A stretch of DNA of 64,000 bases from Candidatus Hydrogenedentota bacterium (GCA_045863335.1 BTVY01000027.1:1-64000); one strand, 5' to 3'. Shown: positions 39,705-49,176, counted from the stretch's first letter. The notes: generated from the letters alone by a model not told the origin. Made by a program: numbers and translations.

Positions 39705-39988
39705 ACGAGGATAAGCCAAAACCCGGCCGCAAAGCCGTGGCGCTACGGTACGACGCGCAAGAGGACAGCGCGCCGCGCGTTGTGGCGAAAGGAAACCGCC
39801 TGCTCGCGGAACGCATCATCGAGATCGCCCGCGAGAACGAAATCCCCATTCATGAAGATCCCGATCTCGTCGCCGTGCTTTCCAAGCTGGATGTGGATCG
39901 CGAGATTCCTGAATTGCTCTACAAGGCGGTTGCCGAGGTCCTCGCCTACGTGTACCGGCTGAACCAGTCCTTTCAGCGCGGGCAATGA
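39701..39988 (+). CDS. FlhB C-terminal-like export switch protein (FlhX/YlqH type)
   Basis: KAVALRYD...APRVVAKG...AERIIEIAREN.IPI...EIPELLYKAVAEVLAYVY. Confidence 0.92.
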   Translation: MNEDKPKPGRKAVALRYDAQEDSAPRVVAKGNRLLAERIIEIARENEIPIHEDPDLVAVLSKLDVDREIPELLYKAVAEVLAYVYRLNQSFQRGQ

Positions 39989-39995
39989 CTTTCGT

Positions 39996-41123
39996 TCATG
40001 GCTTCTTGACGAACTGCTGATAGCTGTCGACGAACTTCGTCTTGACCTTACGCCGCGCCGCGCGGAGCGCCTTAACTTCCCTTTCATCCGTGATGGCGCC
40101 GAACTCCAGCGTAACGGACTTGCTTTCGCCCGGGCGCAGCGAGTGGAGCAGCCCTGACTTCTCATCGACCTGTCGGCCTTCCACGCCGCAGTTGCAGGGT
40201 TCGAATCCGACGACATAGTCCTGTTCGCCCATTTGTTTCCACTCGACGAAACGCGGCAGTTCCTTCGTGTTGTACGTGAGAGATACGCCGAACCCGTCGC
40301 CCGATGCAAAACCATCGTTCACAATTGCGACGGTCGCTCTGCCACTTCGATCCCCGGCGACGTCGTGGTAATACACCTTTTCCTTGTAGCCATGGATCGG
40401 CGGTTCGCACTGCCACCAGTCCTTCTTGCCATCGGCGGCCTCGGCGTCGCGCGGAGCGACGTGCTTGCTCGGCACGATCATTTCCGAACCCGCATCCACC
40501 GCGGGCCACCCGATGTTGCAGTGGTACAGGAGTTGGTATTTCGTCGGTTTGAAACCCTCGTTCGTCACGACATCGTGTATCGTGAAACTACGCGAACCGA
40601 GCTTCGTCGAGACCGTACGCCGTAGCGTCAGGTTTTCGCCGAAGACCACCGTCTCCCGCATGGTGCCGCTCACGCTCATCACGTAATCGTTTTCGCGCCA
40701 CTCCTGTGTAACGCAGATGTCTTTGGCGGGCGCATTGCCGATGCGGCCATGCAATCCGGTTCCACGCAGCGCGCTTTCCTCCGCCGGAGCACCCACATTC
40801 ATGAGACCGCAGGTGGTCACCAGGCCGCCGAAATAGCTGCGCAGCCAGCGCAATCCTTCGGCCTCGTAATAACCCGGCGCCACATCGCCCGTCGTCGAGC
40901 GCCAGCCCATGGCCTTCCCTTGAAAACTTGCCGACGCGATGTCGAGACAACGGTCGAGCAGCACCGTCAACTCCAGCCCGCTCCCCGTCCGGATGATCGC
41001 CGCGCGCGTGGGGCGCTCGTTGCCGTCGTCGAGTTGGACCGTGCGCACGCCCGCGATCTGGTCCATGTTGCCCACGCGCTTGCGCAATTCCCGGACGGAG
41101 TACTTCTTCCCGTAAATTTCCAT
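39996..41123 (-). CDS. Aldose 1-epimerase family protein (DUF4432-like)
   Basis: VLLDRCLDI, WLRSYFGGLVTTCGL, LHGRIGN, LYHCNIGWP, YVVGFEP. Confidence 0.85.
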   Translation of the reverse strand: MEIYGKKYSVRELRKRVGNMDQIAGVRTVQLDDGNERPTRAAIIRTGSGLELTVLLDRCLDIASASFQGKAMGWRSTTGDVAPGYYEAEGLRWLRSYFGGLVTTCGLMNVGAPAEESALRGTGLHGRIGNAPAKDICVTQEWRENDYVMSVSGTMRETVVFGENLTLRRTVSTKLGSRSFTIHDVVTNEGFKPTKYQLLYHCNIGWPAVDAGSEMIVPSKHVAPRDAEAADGKKDWWQCEPPIHGYKEKVYYHDVAGDRSGRATVAIVNDGFASGDGFGVSLTYNTKELPRFVEWKQMGEQDYVVGFEPCNCGVEGRQVDEKSGLLHSLRPGESKSVTLEFGAITDEREVKALRAARRKVKTKFVDSYQQFVKKP

Positions 41124-41147
41124 GGTCACACTCCTTCGCATTGATAC

Positions 41148-42140
41148 CTATCGATCGCCGGACTCGTGACGGCGTCTCATCTCTTCAAAAACGGCCCGCA
41201 TTTCCGGCGGAAGCTCCTCCGCGGAATTATAGGTGCGCACATTGCCGTCGGCGTCTTTGACGGTAATGCGCTCCGTGCGGATCACCTCGTGCTGGAATCC
41301 CGAGCCGCTGCTTTCACCCAGCCTTGCCATCAACGACTCCACTTCACCCTGCAACTCCGGAGGGACGTTGCCAAAGGTCTTCGTGAAACGCTTGGTTACC
41401 ACGGGTCCGCGACGGCGGTATCCACTCCGGCGAACGGATCGGAAGGGGTCGGCCTCTGTTACGACAGGACCCTGGTACTCAACCCCCGTCAGGCGGCGCA
41501 ATGCATCCACGAACGTCGTCACGCGTTCCGGCAATCGATCGGTGGAAGTGGGAGGGAACTGCGAGTGATCCACATGAAATTCCAACGAAGTCCCCGTGCC
41601 GCCGCGCGCCGGATCGCTGTAGGTCAACACGATCCACCGGTACCCGTTGCTGTGGTTCCCGCCGGAGCTCGTCTGTTCGCGCGCGATGACGCTGAGGGGT
41701 GACAAGGATGCGCCAGGGCAGGAAACCGTTCGCGGCCAGAGCTGCCGCCGCGCGATCACGAGATCGCCGCGAACGTCCTGGCGGATCGACAACTGTTCGA
41801 TCAGCGCCAGCAACGGAATGAGAATCGCGCTGCCTCCCAGCAAACCCGTGAGAGCGATCCTTGCGTAACGCAATCCTGTGGCCACCTGCTCGTCCGGCCC
41901 GGCAACGCCGACCTCGGTTCCGCGCGGTTCCAGGATCGTCAAGCGGCTGATGGTTTCGCGATAGCCATACTGCACGCCGACGATAAGAACGATCGCAACG
42001 AAACTCCAGACAAGCCGGCGCAGCAGCGTCTTCATACCCGGACGATACACGAGCGACTCGTCCGTGTTTCGATAGACGTTCCAGTCGGCGAAGTTGAATT
42101 GGTGCGAATTCGACGTCCCGAACATGACCCGCTCCCTCAC
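41148..42140 (-). CDS. Hypothetical membrane protein (two TM segments)
   Basis: 330-aa ORF with two hydrophobic segments; C-terminal TYNSAEELPPEMRAVFE; start uncertain. Confidence 0.65.
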   Translation of the reverse strand: MRERVMFGTSNSHQFNFADWNVYRNTDESLVYRPGMKTLLRRLVWSFVAIVLIVGVQYGYRETISRLTILEPRGTEVGVAGPDEQVATGLRYARIALTGLLGGSAILIPLLALIEQLSIRQDVRGDLVIARRQLWPRTVSCPGASLSPLSVIAREQTSSGGNHSNGYRWIVLTYSDPARGGTGTSLEFHVDHSQFPPTSTDRLPERVTTFVDALRRLTGVEYQGPVVTEADPFRSVRRSGYRRRGPVVTKRFTKTFGNVPPELQGEVESLMARLGESSGSGFQHEVIRTERITVKDADGNVRTYNSAEELPPEMRAVFEEMRRRHESGDR

Positions 42141-42221
42141 GTAGCGCGGTTAGTGGCAACGCATCCTCGTCAGCTTAGCACAGTTTTGTGAATAGCGCAT
42201 CGTCTCTAATCGTCTCAAATC

Positions 42222-42309
42222 ATGAATTGGCCGCAAAAGAGCGCAATGAACTCAAAAAGTGGTAACGAGTCACTCTCGCGTTCCATGCGTTTTTTTGCGG
42301 CGAGTTCAT
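42222..42309. repeat. Imperfect inverted repeat of 9-10-bp CGCAAAAGAA-type units
   Basis: ATGAATTGGCCGCAAAAGAGCGCAATGAAC pairs with GTTCCATGCGTTTTTTTGCGGCGAGTTCAT. Confidence 0.65.
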
Positions 42310-42397
42310 TCCTTCCCTCGACAGTGGATCCCGACGGAAGAATCTCATCAATGAATGGGCGTTCGCCCACTGCCTACGCCACGCCGTGGAATTGCAT

Positions 42398-42427
42398 ATT
42401 CCAAATCTGAGATCTCAGATTTGAAAT
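42398..42427. repeat. Heptamer-built perfect palindrome CAAATCTGAGATCTCAGATTTG
   Basis: 22-bp perfect palindrome at 42402-42423 with 7-bp periodicity. Confidence 0.75.
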
Positions 42428-42565
42428 CGATACCGATTCTCAGATCACGAACGCCGTTGAGGCTGGTAGGATCTGGATGCCGGAATCGACTGGCTCAGTC
42501 CGCCTTCCCCAACGCAGGCCCGTCTCCAGTATCGCGCGCGCCTCGCACTCTGGTACGATTCCGCT

Positions 42566-44140
42566 ATGCGACTCAACCTGGAACCCATCGAGCCCGCGCT
42601 CAGCGACGCCCGCGAACGCTTGAAATCGCGCGACACGAACGACGCAGAAGTACACTGCGCCCTGCGTGCCGCGCGCGACTTCCTCGAACTGCATCGTGAG
42701 ACCCAGCCGGAGGAATACGATCTGCATCCGCTGCTCGCCGAAGTGAACGCGGGTTATCCGCACGTGCACGTTGACAACAGCCGGTCTGTTCTCCAGTGCC
42801 GGGGTGATCGCGAGCAGGTTGGCGCCGGAATCCGGGCCGCCATTCAGAGCATGGAGTTCGAAGCGGATACCGACTTGAAGATGTCCATTGAACTTGACGG
42901 CGAGGTCCCCTTGCTCTGTCTGGAGTTGGACGGCCCGGGGATGATGCATGATCCCTGGCTCTTAGGCGGGCACGTGTGGATCGGATGGGACGCGCTCGAG
43001 CCCTGCTGGACCCGCGCCACGCGCGGCGGCCGGTTCGACCGGCGTCCCGGCGCTATCGAGCTGCGGTTGGCCGGAATCCGCGTAATTCCGGAAAGTTCGC
43101 CGCCTCCCGCCGAACTGCTCGATGCGGTGCGTACGGCCGAGCGTTCGATGCGCATGGTCGCCGGCGATGCGTCAGACGATTCGGCGGCCGATCGAACTGC
43201 AGCCTTGGCCGCGATTGAGCGCGCCTTGCAGGTCATCGATGGCGAAAGCGGTCGCGGCCCCGAGCCTGCCGATATCCCGGCATTGCTCGCGGAGACGGTG
43301 GAGGAGCGGCTTCCAAATCTGGAGCGGTGTTCAATTACTTGTGAGTACCAGACTGCGGCCGACTCGCCGGCCATCGTCGTGAGCCGCGCGCGCTTGCGCT
43401 CGGCCTTTGCAAATTTCCTGAACTGGGCGCCCGAATCCCTCGCGCGCGGCGGGGCGGTGTCCATCGTGTTCGACTACGACCCGTCCAAGCGGCAGGCGGA
43501 ATTGCTCGTGGACTACACGGGCACGCAATTCGACCGATCCAGCTCGAGGCTCTTGCCTTCCATTCGGCGCGCGGTAGAAGAAATCCACCGCGGTCACGTA
43601 GAGGTAACCGACCACGATTCAGGCCTGAGCGTCGTTCTCACCATCCCCGATCCCGTCGGCCGCGAACTCGACGCCTGGATTCCCGGTTTCGACGCGTTCT
43701 CGGACCGCTCGCGTCAAATGCTGCGCCTGTTGAAAAGCGGCGGCCCCACGCCCCCGGAGGATTTCATCCTGGGTGGCGTACTTGAGGAAGAGCTGGAACG
43801 CTTGCTCCTTTCCCGGATTTCCGTCGCGCCGGCGACGAACCTCGCCCACGACCTCAAGGTGGCCCCGTCCGGCTTGCCCGGTTCGTCCACGGAACGGCTG
43901 GACAAGGCCCTCACCCAGATCCGGAAAGGCAAGCCCAAGAAGGAAATCTGCAAACCCCAATACGCAGCCGAAATTATCTGGGCGTTTCGTTTGGACGAAC
44001 GCCACCGCGCCGCCCTCGGCGTGGAGGCCTTGGATGAAAGCGCGTTGCGTACACTATGCACGGAGATGCTGAATGCCCCGCCCGGCTACGTGACGGCCCT
44101 ACAGATGCTTGCGAGGTGCCGCGGCAAGTCCTCTCTCTAA
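42566..44140 (+). CDS. Hypothetical protein with degenerate histidine-kinase ATPase-like domains
   Basis: PEPADIPALL...RARLRSAFANFLNWAPESL.RGGAVSI...VDYTG...IRRAVEEIHRGHVEV...VVLTIP resembles HATPase_c without G boxes. Confidence 0.65.
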   Translation: MRLNLEPIEPALSDARERLKSRDTNDAEVHCALRAARDFLELHRETQPEEYDLHPLLAEVNAGYPHVHVDNSRSVLQCRGDREQVGAGIRAAIQSMEFEADTDLKMSIELDGEVPLLCLELDGPGMMHDPWLLGGHVWIGWDALEPCWTRATRGGRFDRRPGAIELRLAGIRVIPESSPPPAELLDAVRTAERSMRMVAGDASDDSAADRTAALAAIERALQVIDGESGRGPEPADIPALLAETVEERLPNLERCSITCEYQTAADSPAIVVSRARLRSAFANFLNWAPESLARGGAVSIVFDYDPSKRQAELLVDYTGTQFDRSSSRLLPSIRRAVEEIHRGHVEVTDHDSGLSVVLTIPDPVGRELDAWIPGFDAFSDRSRQMLRLLKSGGPTPPEDFILGGVLEEELERLLLSRISVAPATNLAHDLKVAPSGLPGSSTERLDKALTQIRKGKPKKEICKPQYAAEIIWAFRLDERHRAALGVEALDESALRTLCTEMLNAPPGYVTALQMLARCRGKSSL

Positions 44141-44206
44141 ACGGGATTCGCATGGTAGAATAGCGGCGCGAGATTGTACCGAATCAGCTTGTGAGACGGA
44201 ATCATC

Positions 44207-45466
44207 ATGCAATACAAATCAACTGCATTCCCCATGGCGCTCGTGACCTGCATTCTGTTGTTGGCCCTTGCGCTCGGGGGCGCAACGCAATGTGAGTACG
44301 AATCGGCCGAAATGGCTACGGACGGGCCGGTTCTTGAAGATGAACTGCCCTGCGGTACGCCGCCCGTGTTGGCCGTGGAGCTTTTCGCCGCGGGGCTCGA
44401 TCAACCCCTCTTTGTCGGATCGGCGCCGGGAGATTCCGAGCGGCTGTACGTCATCGAACGCGCGCGCGCACGCATCATCCTCTTCAAAAACGGCCAACGG
44501 GTCGCAAAGCCCTTCCTCAATCTGTCCGACCGGGTCGGCGCCGCGCAATCGGAACAGGGCCTTCTCGGGTTTGCCTTTCATCCCAACTACCCGGAGAAAC
44601 GGTTCATCTTCGTCAACTACACCGATGTGAACGGCGACACCGTGATCGAGCGGTTCCGCGTGCGCAAACATCTCGACAAGGCGAGGCGGAACAAGTCCAA
44701 GCCCATTCTGGCCTACGACCAAACCGGCAGCAATCATAACGGCGGCATGCTGGCCTTCGGTCCCAACGACAAGTACCTCTACATCGCATCCGGCGACGGC
44801 GGCGGATCGAACGATCCCTTCGGCCACGGGCAGCGTCTCGACACCCTGCTCGGCAAGATCCTTCGCATCGACATTCGCGCGGGCAAAGGCGTGCCTTACA
44901 AAATCCCGCCGGCCAATCCCTTCGTAAGCAATCCAGACGCCCTGGACGAAATCTGGGCCTACGGCCTTCGGAATCCCTGGCGCATGAGTTTCGATCGCGA
45001 AACCGGCGATCTCTACATCGGCGACGTGGGGCAGGGGGCGCGGGAGGAAATCGACTTCCAACCGGCGTCCAGCATGGGCGGCGAGAACTACGGCTGGGTC
45101 GTGGCGGAAGGATTCAGTTGCCTCGGCGGGACCGGTACCTGCGGCACGAATCCCGGTTTCACGCCGCCGATTCACGACTACCCCCGCGATGTGGGCCGGT
45201 CCGTCACGGGCGGCTACGTCTACCGCGGCAGCGCCATGCCCTGCCTTCAGGGGACCTACTTCTTCGGCGATTTCAGCCTCGGCCGTGTCTGGTCGTTCCG
45301 CTACGACGGCGCCTCCATCTCCGAGTTCACCGAGCGCACCGCCGAACTCGACCCTCCCGGCCCGGATGTGTTGGGGAACGTAGCCTCCTTCGGCGAAGAC
45401 GCGAACGGCGAACTCTACATCGTCACCTACGGAGGCGCCATCTACAAAATCGTCGAAGCACCGTGA
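44207..45466 (+). CDS. PQQ-dependent sugar dehydrogenase family (GSDH beta-propeller)
   Basis: EQGLLGFAFHP, NHNGGMLAFGP, GDGGG, GKILRID, AYGLRNPWR, DVGQ, NYGW, SFGED. Confidence 0.92.
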   Translation: MQYKSTAFPMALVTCILLLALALGGATQCEYESAEMATDGPVLEDELPCGTPPVLAVELFAAGLDQPLFVGSAPGDSERLYVIERARARIILFKNGQRVAKPFLNLSDRVGAAQSEQGLLGFAFHPNYPEKRFIFVNYTDVNGDTVIERFRVRKHLDKARRNKSKPILAYDQTGSNHNGGMLAFGPNDKYLYIASGDGGGSNDPFGHGQRLDTLLGKILRIDIRAGKGVPYKIPPANPFVSNPDALDEIWAYGLRNPWRMSFDRETGDLYIGDVGQGAREEIDFQPASSMGGENYGWVVAEGFSCLGGTGTCGTNPGFTPPIHDYPRDVGRSVTGGYVYRGSAMPCLQGTYFFGDFSLGRVWSFRYDGASISEFTERTAELDPPGPDVLGNVASFGEDANGELYIVTYGGAIYKIVEAP

Positions 45467-45540
45467 TCTACCGCGTATTCATGTTCGAAATGCACCATAG
45501 GTTGTTTAGAAAGTGGTGGGTGACATTTGGAAATCAACTC

Positions 45541-45578
45541 GGAGTCTGTCCCGAAATTTCCCCGTCCCTGAATTTCCC
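45541..45578 (+). repeat. GTCTGTCCC-type repeat with internal duplication
   Basis: GAGTCTGTCCCGAAATTTCCCC GTCCCTGAATTTCCC; related inverted copy at 46905-46942. Confidence 0.55.
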
Positions 45579-45672
45579 TGCGACGCGTGACCAAGCGGAG
45601 CCTGCAACGCCACCGCCATGAATGTTCGAGCTGCGATCTTCACGGTTGGTGCCTCCTCTCACGCATGACGCA

Positions 45673-46779
45673 TCATTTTGGCAGTACTCCTGTCCGCAGT
45701 ACATTCCTGACAGCATCTAATCGGGCGCTGCCTTCACTCAACGTTGGACAAATCCAGCCGCCTTCATCGAACTCATTCCACGCATAGATGAGCACGGTTC
45801 GTGCTTTCGCAGTGTCCGGGTTCGCCTCGCACCACGTGATGGCCTTCTCGAGATGTGCGGCCAACTCCTCAGGTTCTGGCGTCTCGTAATACTGCTCGAT
45901 GTCGCCGCCCTTGACCCACGGCACCGGAGTCTCGACGCGAGGCCGCATATCCCACCCCGCGCTGACCAGCGGCACGACCTCGCACCCCGTGGCCTTGAAG
46001 GCGTCCCACCATCGCTCGGTGTGAGTCACGAGTGACAGATAGGTACCGGCCTTGGCGCCGCCGTTTGACGCGTAAGCGCCGATAGCGTCCAGGCCGAGTT
46101 TCCGTGCTTGCTCCTGAAGGACCTCCGGCGACCAGCCTTGCGCGATGATATACGGGTCGCCCGCACCGCCGGCCTTCGCTGCGGCGCGCAACTGGTCGAA
46201 TGCGGCTCGCGCCTCGTCCCACGTATCGAACCTGCCAGGTCCTACCAGGCCATCAACGCTGTACAGGTATACCAACGGCCGGCCGTTCAATACGGTTTGG
46301 TATCCAGGCTCCTTGAAGTACGAAACGTAGCGCGCAACCTTGGCACGCCAAGCGCCGGGGCCTCCGCCTGCTTCCCAACCACCTTGCAGGTTGAGACAGA
46401 AGTTGATCTGCGCCCGGCGCTCGCTCGACAGGTAGAACTTCAAACCAAGGCTCAGTGCGTTCTCCTCGGGATAAATGACAAAGGCCCAGTAGTCGAGTCC
46501 CGCATCGTGGGCGTAGGCGATTTCCTGGTCCATGACCCCCTGCGAGTTGCCACGCGCTTCGACAGCGTTTTCACCAATCACCTTGCCATAAAACGGCAAC
46601 CGGTAATGCCAATGCGCCGGCGCCAGCGTCTTCTCAACGGTCAGCCCCACCTCGGAGGCTGGCCCATGCCACCCATCCCAGCGGATCGCGCCCACCAGTA
46701 CGTCTTCTTGCGGCGAGACGCCGGATTCAGCGCCAAAAACAAGTGCGGCGTGAACGGCCAAAGCCATCAGCAGTGTCAT
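45673..46779 (-). CDS. Secreted GH99/WbsX-like glycoside hydrolase
   Basis: Signal peptide; VMDQEIAYAHDAGLDYWAF; NGRPLVY; GWDMRPR; IYAWNEFDEGG. Confidence 0.7.
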   Translation of the reverse strand: MTLLMALAVHAALVFGAESGVSPQEDVLVGAIRWDGWHGPASEVGLTVEKTLAPAHWHYRLPFYGKVIGENAVEARGNSQGVMDQEIAYAHDAGLDYWAFVIYPEENALSLGLKFYLSSERRAQINFCLNLQGGWEAGGGPGAWRAKVARYVSYFKEPGYQTVLNGRPLVYLYSVDGLVGPGRFDTWDEARAAFDQLRAAAKAGGAGDPYIIAQGWSPEVLQEQARKLGLDAIGAYASNGGAKAGTYLSLVTHTERWWDAFKATGCEVVPLVSAGWDMRPRVETPVPWVKGGDIEQYYETPEPEELAAHLEKAITWCEANPDTAKARTVLIYAWNEFDEGGWICPTLSEGSARLDAVRNVLRTGVLPK

Positions 46780-46904
46780 GGGTACTCCTCTAGCAGGGAC
46801 TCGATACTCTTAAAAGTATCAAGTTCTCGGATGCTGCTTTCCGTGTGGCTTTGGACATTTTCCGAGTTCTTGCCGATTCCCGTATAGTCTGGGCTTGGTG
46901 AAAG

Positions 46905-46942
46905 GGGGGGAAAATAAAGGCGAGAAATAAAGGGACAGACTA
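46905..46942 (-). repeat. GTCTGTCCC-type repeat at the 3' end of the transposase remnant
   Basis: Minus strand TAGTCTGTCCCTTTATTTCTCGCCTTTATTTTCCC with duplicated CCTTTATTT. Confidence 0.55.
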
Positions 46943-47215
46943 CCAATTACTCGCTTCTCCGCCGACTTCCTTTGCGCGTCTTGGCTTACGGCCTCGATTG
47001 GCAGGACGGAGGACGCAGCCGAGCAGATTCTCCAGTTGGACCACGAATCACGCCTTTGGCGTGACGCAAGTGCGGCCCGTGTTGGTCTGGCGGCGAATGC
47101 GGTCGACGGCATCGGGATCGTCCTCCACACGAAGCCATCCCGCCCAGTCCTCAATGACGCCGGGCGGGAGGTACCTGTTCGATAGCGGCGGCTCAGGATC
47201 ATTCGTCCGCAGTAC
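46940..47215 (-). pseudogene. C-terminal remnant of REP-associated tyrosine transposase (RAYT/Y1)
   Basis: Hand translation: ..PPGVIEDWAGWLRVEDDPDAVDRIRRQTNTGRTCVTPKA*FVVQLENLLGCVLRPANRGRKPR..; in-frame TGA at 47048-47050; no HUH N terminus. Confidence 0.65.
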
Positions 47216-47562
47216 CCTTGTATATTCGGCCGCTCACTTACGCGTTCCCGGGCGATAACTCCTCTAAGCCTGCTTTTGTATAACACGAATACGGGTGTTG
47301 ATCAAGAGATTCATGTCTATCGGCCCGGTTCCAAACATTGCAGGCGTCTTTTCAATGCCGTAAAATGGGGGTGGCGCGGCCGTATGCCGCAACGTAGCCG
47401 GGATGGCTTGGTTCCCGATTGGGGATCGAGGCCTTCGGCGGCGCTGGTGACCTGGTAACTATGTCTGCAACGGTGGATTCCATGCGTATGCGTGTATGGT
47501 CCGGGTCCAATGCCTGCCAACCGGAAAAGCATCTGTATTTCACGTAGTAACGACGGACGGGT

Positions 47563-49176
47563 ATGGTACGCAAATCGGGCACATTGGGCGACGCAACGTT
47601 TGAGAAAGACGATCGAACGGAACCGTCGTTTGATCCTCACCCCACGGCGGAAGAGGTCTTACGCGAGTCCAAGGATTGGACCCGCGCGATCATCGAGTCG
47701 GCCGTGGACGGGATCATCGCCATCGACGAGCGGGGGACGATCGAGTATATGAACCCGGCCGCCGTCAAGATGTTCGGTTACGAGCCTGAAGAAGTACTCG
47801 GCAAAAACGTGAAGATGCTGATGGGGGACGATCACCGGGCCCATCACGACGGGTACCTTCATCACTACCGTTCAACGGGGGAACGCCGAATCATCGGTAC
47901 GATCCGCGAGTTGGACGGGCGCCACAAGAGCGGCCGGACGTTCCCCTTCGAGCTTTCGGTGAGCGAGGTGTTCATCGGCGATCGCCGGTTGTTCACGGGC
48001 ATCCTGCACGACATCACCGCGCGCCGCATCGCGCAGGAAGAGAAGGATCGCCTGCTGGACGTCCTCAACCGGAGAAACGTCCAGATCACCTGCCTCTACC
48101 GCATCGGCGAAGCCGTCCGGTCGGGCCAGGAGTTTGCGGCGATCTGTGGCGAGGTGGCGGAGACCATTCAGTCTTCGTTTCAACACGCCGATCAAGTTCG
48201 GGCGCGCATCAGTTTTGACGGGGCGGAGTACGTGAAGGGGCCGGTTGACCCCTCCGACCACAGCATGACCTGCGATATCACCGTCGCCGGGCGCAAACGC
48301 GGCGAGGTCGAGATTGCCTATGTGGGCGAGTTCGAGCCGGACGCCGCGCCCTTTCAAAGCGAGGAGCGCGACCTCATCGAAGGGATCGCGGCCGTTCTGG
48401 GCGAGACCGTGGAGCGGCGCGATGCCCAGAGCAAGGTCATCCAGGCGTCGAAGCTGGCGTCCATCGGCGAACTCGCGGCCGGCGTAGGTCATGAGATCAA
48501 CAATCCCTTGAACGCGATCATCAACTGCGCCGATATTCTCATTCACGGCCTCGCCGAGAATACGAAAGAACGGCAATTCGCCGAACTGGTCCGTTCGGAA
48601 TCCGAGCGGATCGCGCGGATCGTCCGCAACCTGCTGACCTTCTCCCGTCAGGACCGGGAGAAGCACAGTCCGGCCCGGCTTATCGATATTGTCGAGGCGG
48701 TGCTCTCCCTGAGCCGGAAGAAGATCGCCAAGTCGATGGTCGCGCTGACGGTCGACGTTCCCGCGGATTTGCCCAAGCTGAAATGCCGGAGCGAGCAGCT
48801 CCAGCAGGTACTCATGAATCTCATTATCAATGCGCTGCACGCGCTGGACGAGAGGTATCCGGAAGGGGATCCTGACAAGGTGATGGAGATCGTGGCCAAG
48901 CCCATTCACCTCGATGGCCGGGAGTTTTTGCGTCTGACGGTGGAGGATCACGGGACGGGCATTTCCAGCGCGCACATCGAGCGCCTGTTTGATCCCTTCT
49001 TCACCACCAAGGGACGGGACGTCGGCACCGGACTCGGACTTTCCGTGTCGGATGGCATCGTGAAGGATCACGGGGGACAGATTTGGGTGGAAAGCAAGGC
49101 CGGAGCGTTCGCGCGATTCCACGTGGACCTGCCTTTGGACAATGGCTGGTCGACGCCATATGCGAAACAGACGTAG
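47563..49176 (+). CDS. PAS-domain sensor histidine kinase
   Basis: FixL-like PAS (NPAAVKMFGY..EEVLGKNV.MLM....HHDGYL); ELAAGVGHEINNPL H box; QVLMNLIINA; DHGTG; FFTTK; GTGLGL. Confidence 0.95.
   Translation: MVRKSGTLGDATFEKDDRTEPSFDPHPTAEEVLRESKDWTRAIIESAVDGIIAIDERGTIEYMNPAAVKMFGYEPEEVLGKNVKMLMGDDHRAHHDGYLHHYRSTGERRIIGTIRELDGRHKSGRTFPFELSVSEVFIGDRRLFTGILHDITARRIAQEEKDRLLDVLNRRNVQITCLYRIGEAVRSGQEFAAICGEVAETIQSSFQHADQVRARISFDGAEYVKGPVDPSDHSMTCDITVAGRKRGEVEIAYVGEFEPDAAPFQSEERDLIEGIAAVLGETVERRDAQSKVIQASKLASIGELAAGVGHEINNPLNAIINCADILIHGLAENTKERQFAELVRSESERIARIVRNLLTFSRQDREKHSPARLIDIVEAVLSLSRKKIAKSMVALTVDVPADLPKLKCRSEQLQQVLMNLIINALHALDERYPEGDPDKVMEIVAKPIHLDGREFLRLTVEDHGTGISSAHIERLFDPFFTTKGRDVGTGLGLSVSDGIVKDHGGQIWVESKAGAFARFHVDLPLDNGWSTPYAKQT

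Noticed and set aside
46819-47286. 155-aa minus-strand ORF in the ORF track
   Set aside because: Alternative frame over the transposase remnant; the recognisable similarity is mostly in a different, stop-interrupted frame
47371-47387. TGGCGCGGCCGTATGC as a sigma54 promoter for the kinase
   Set aside because: GG-to-GC spacing is 11, not 10
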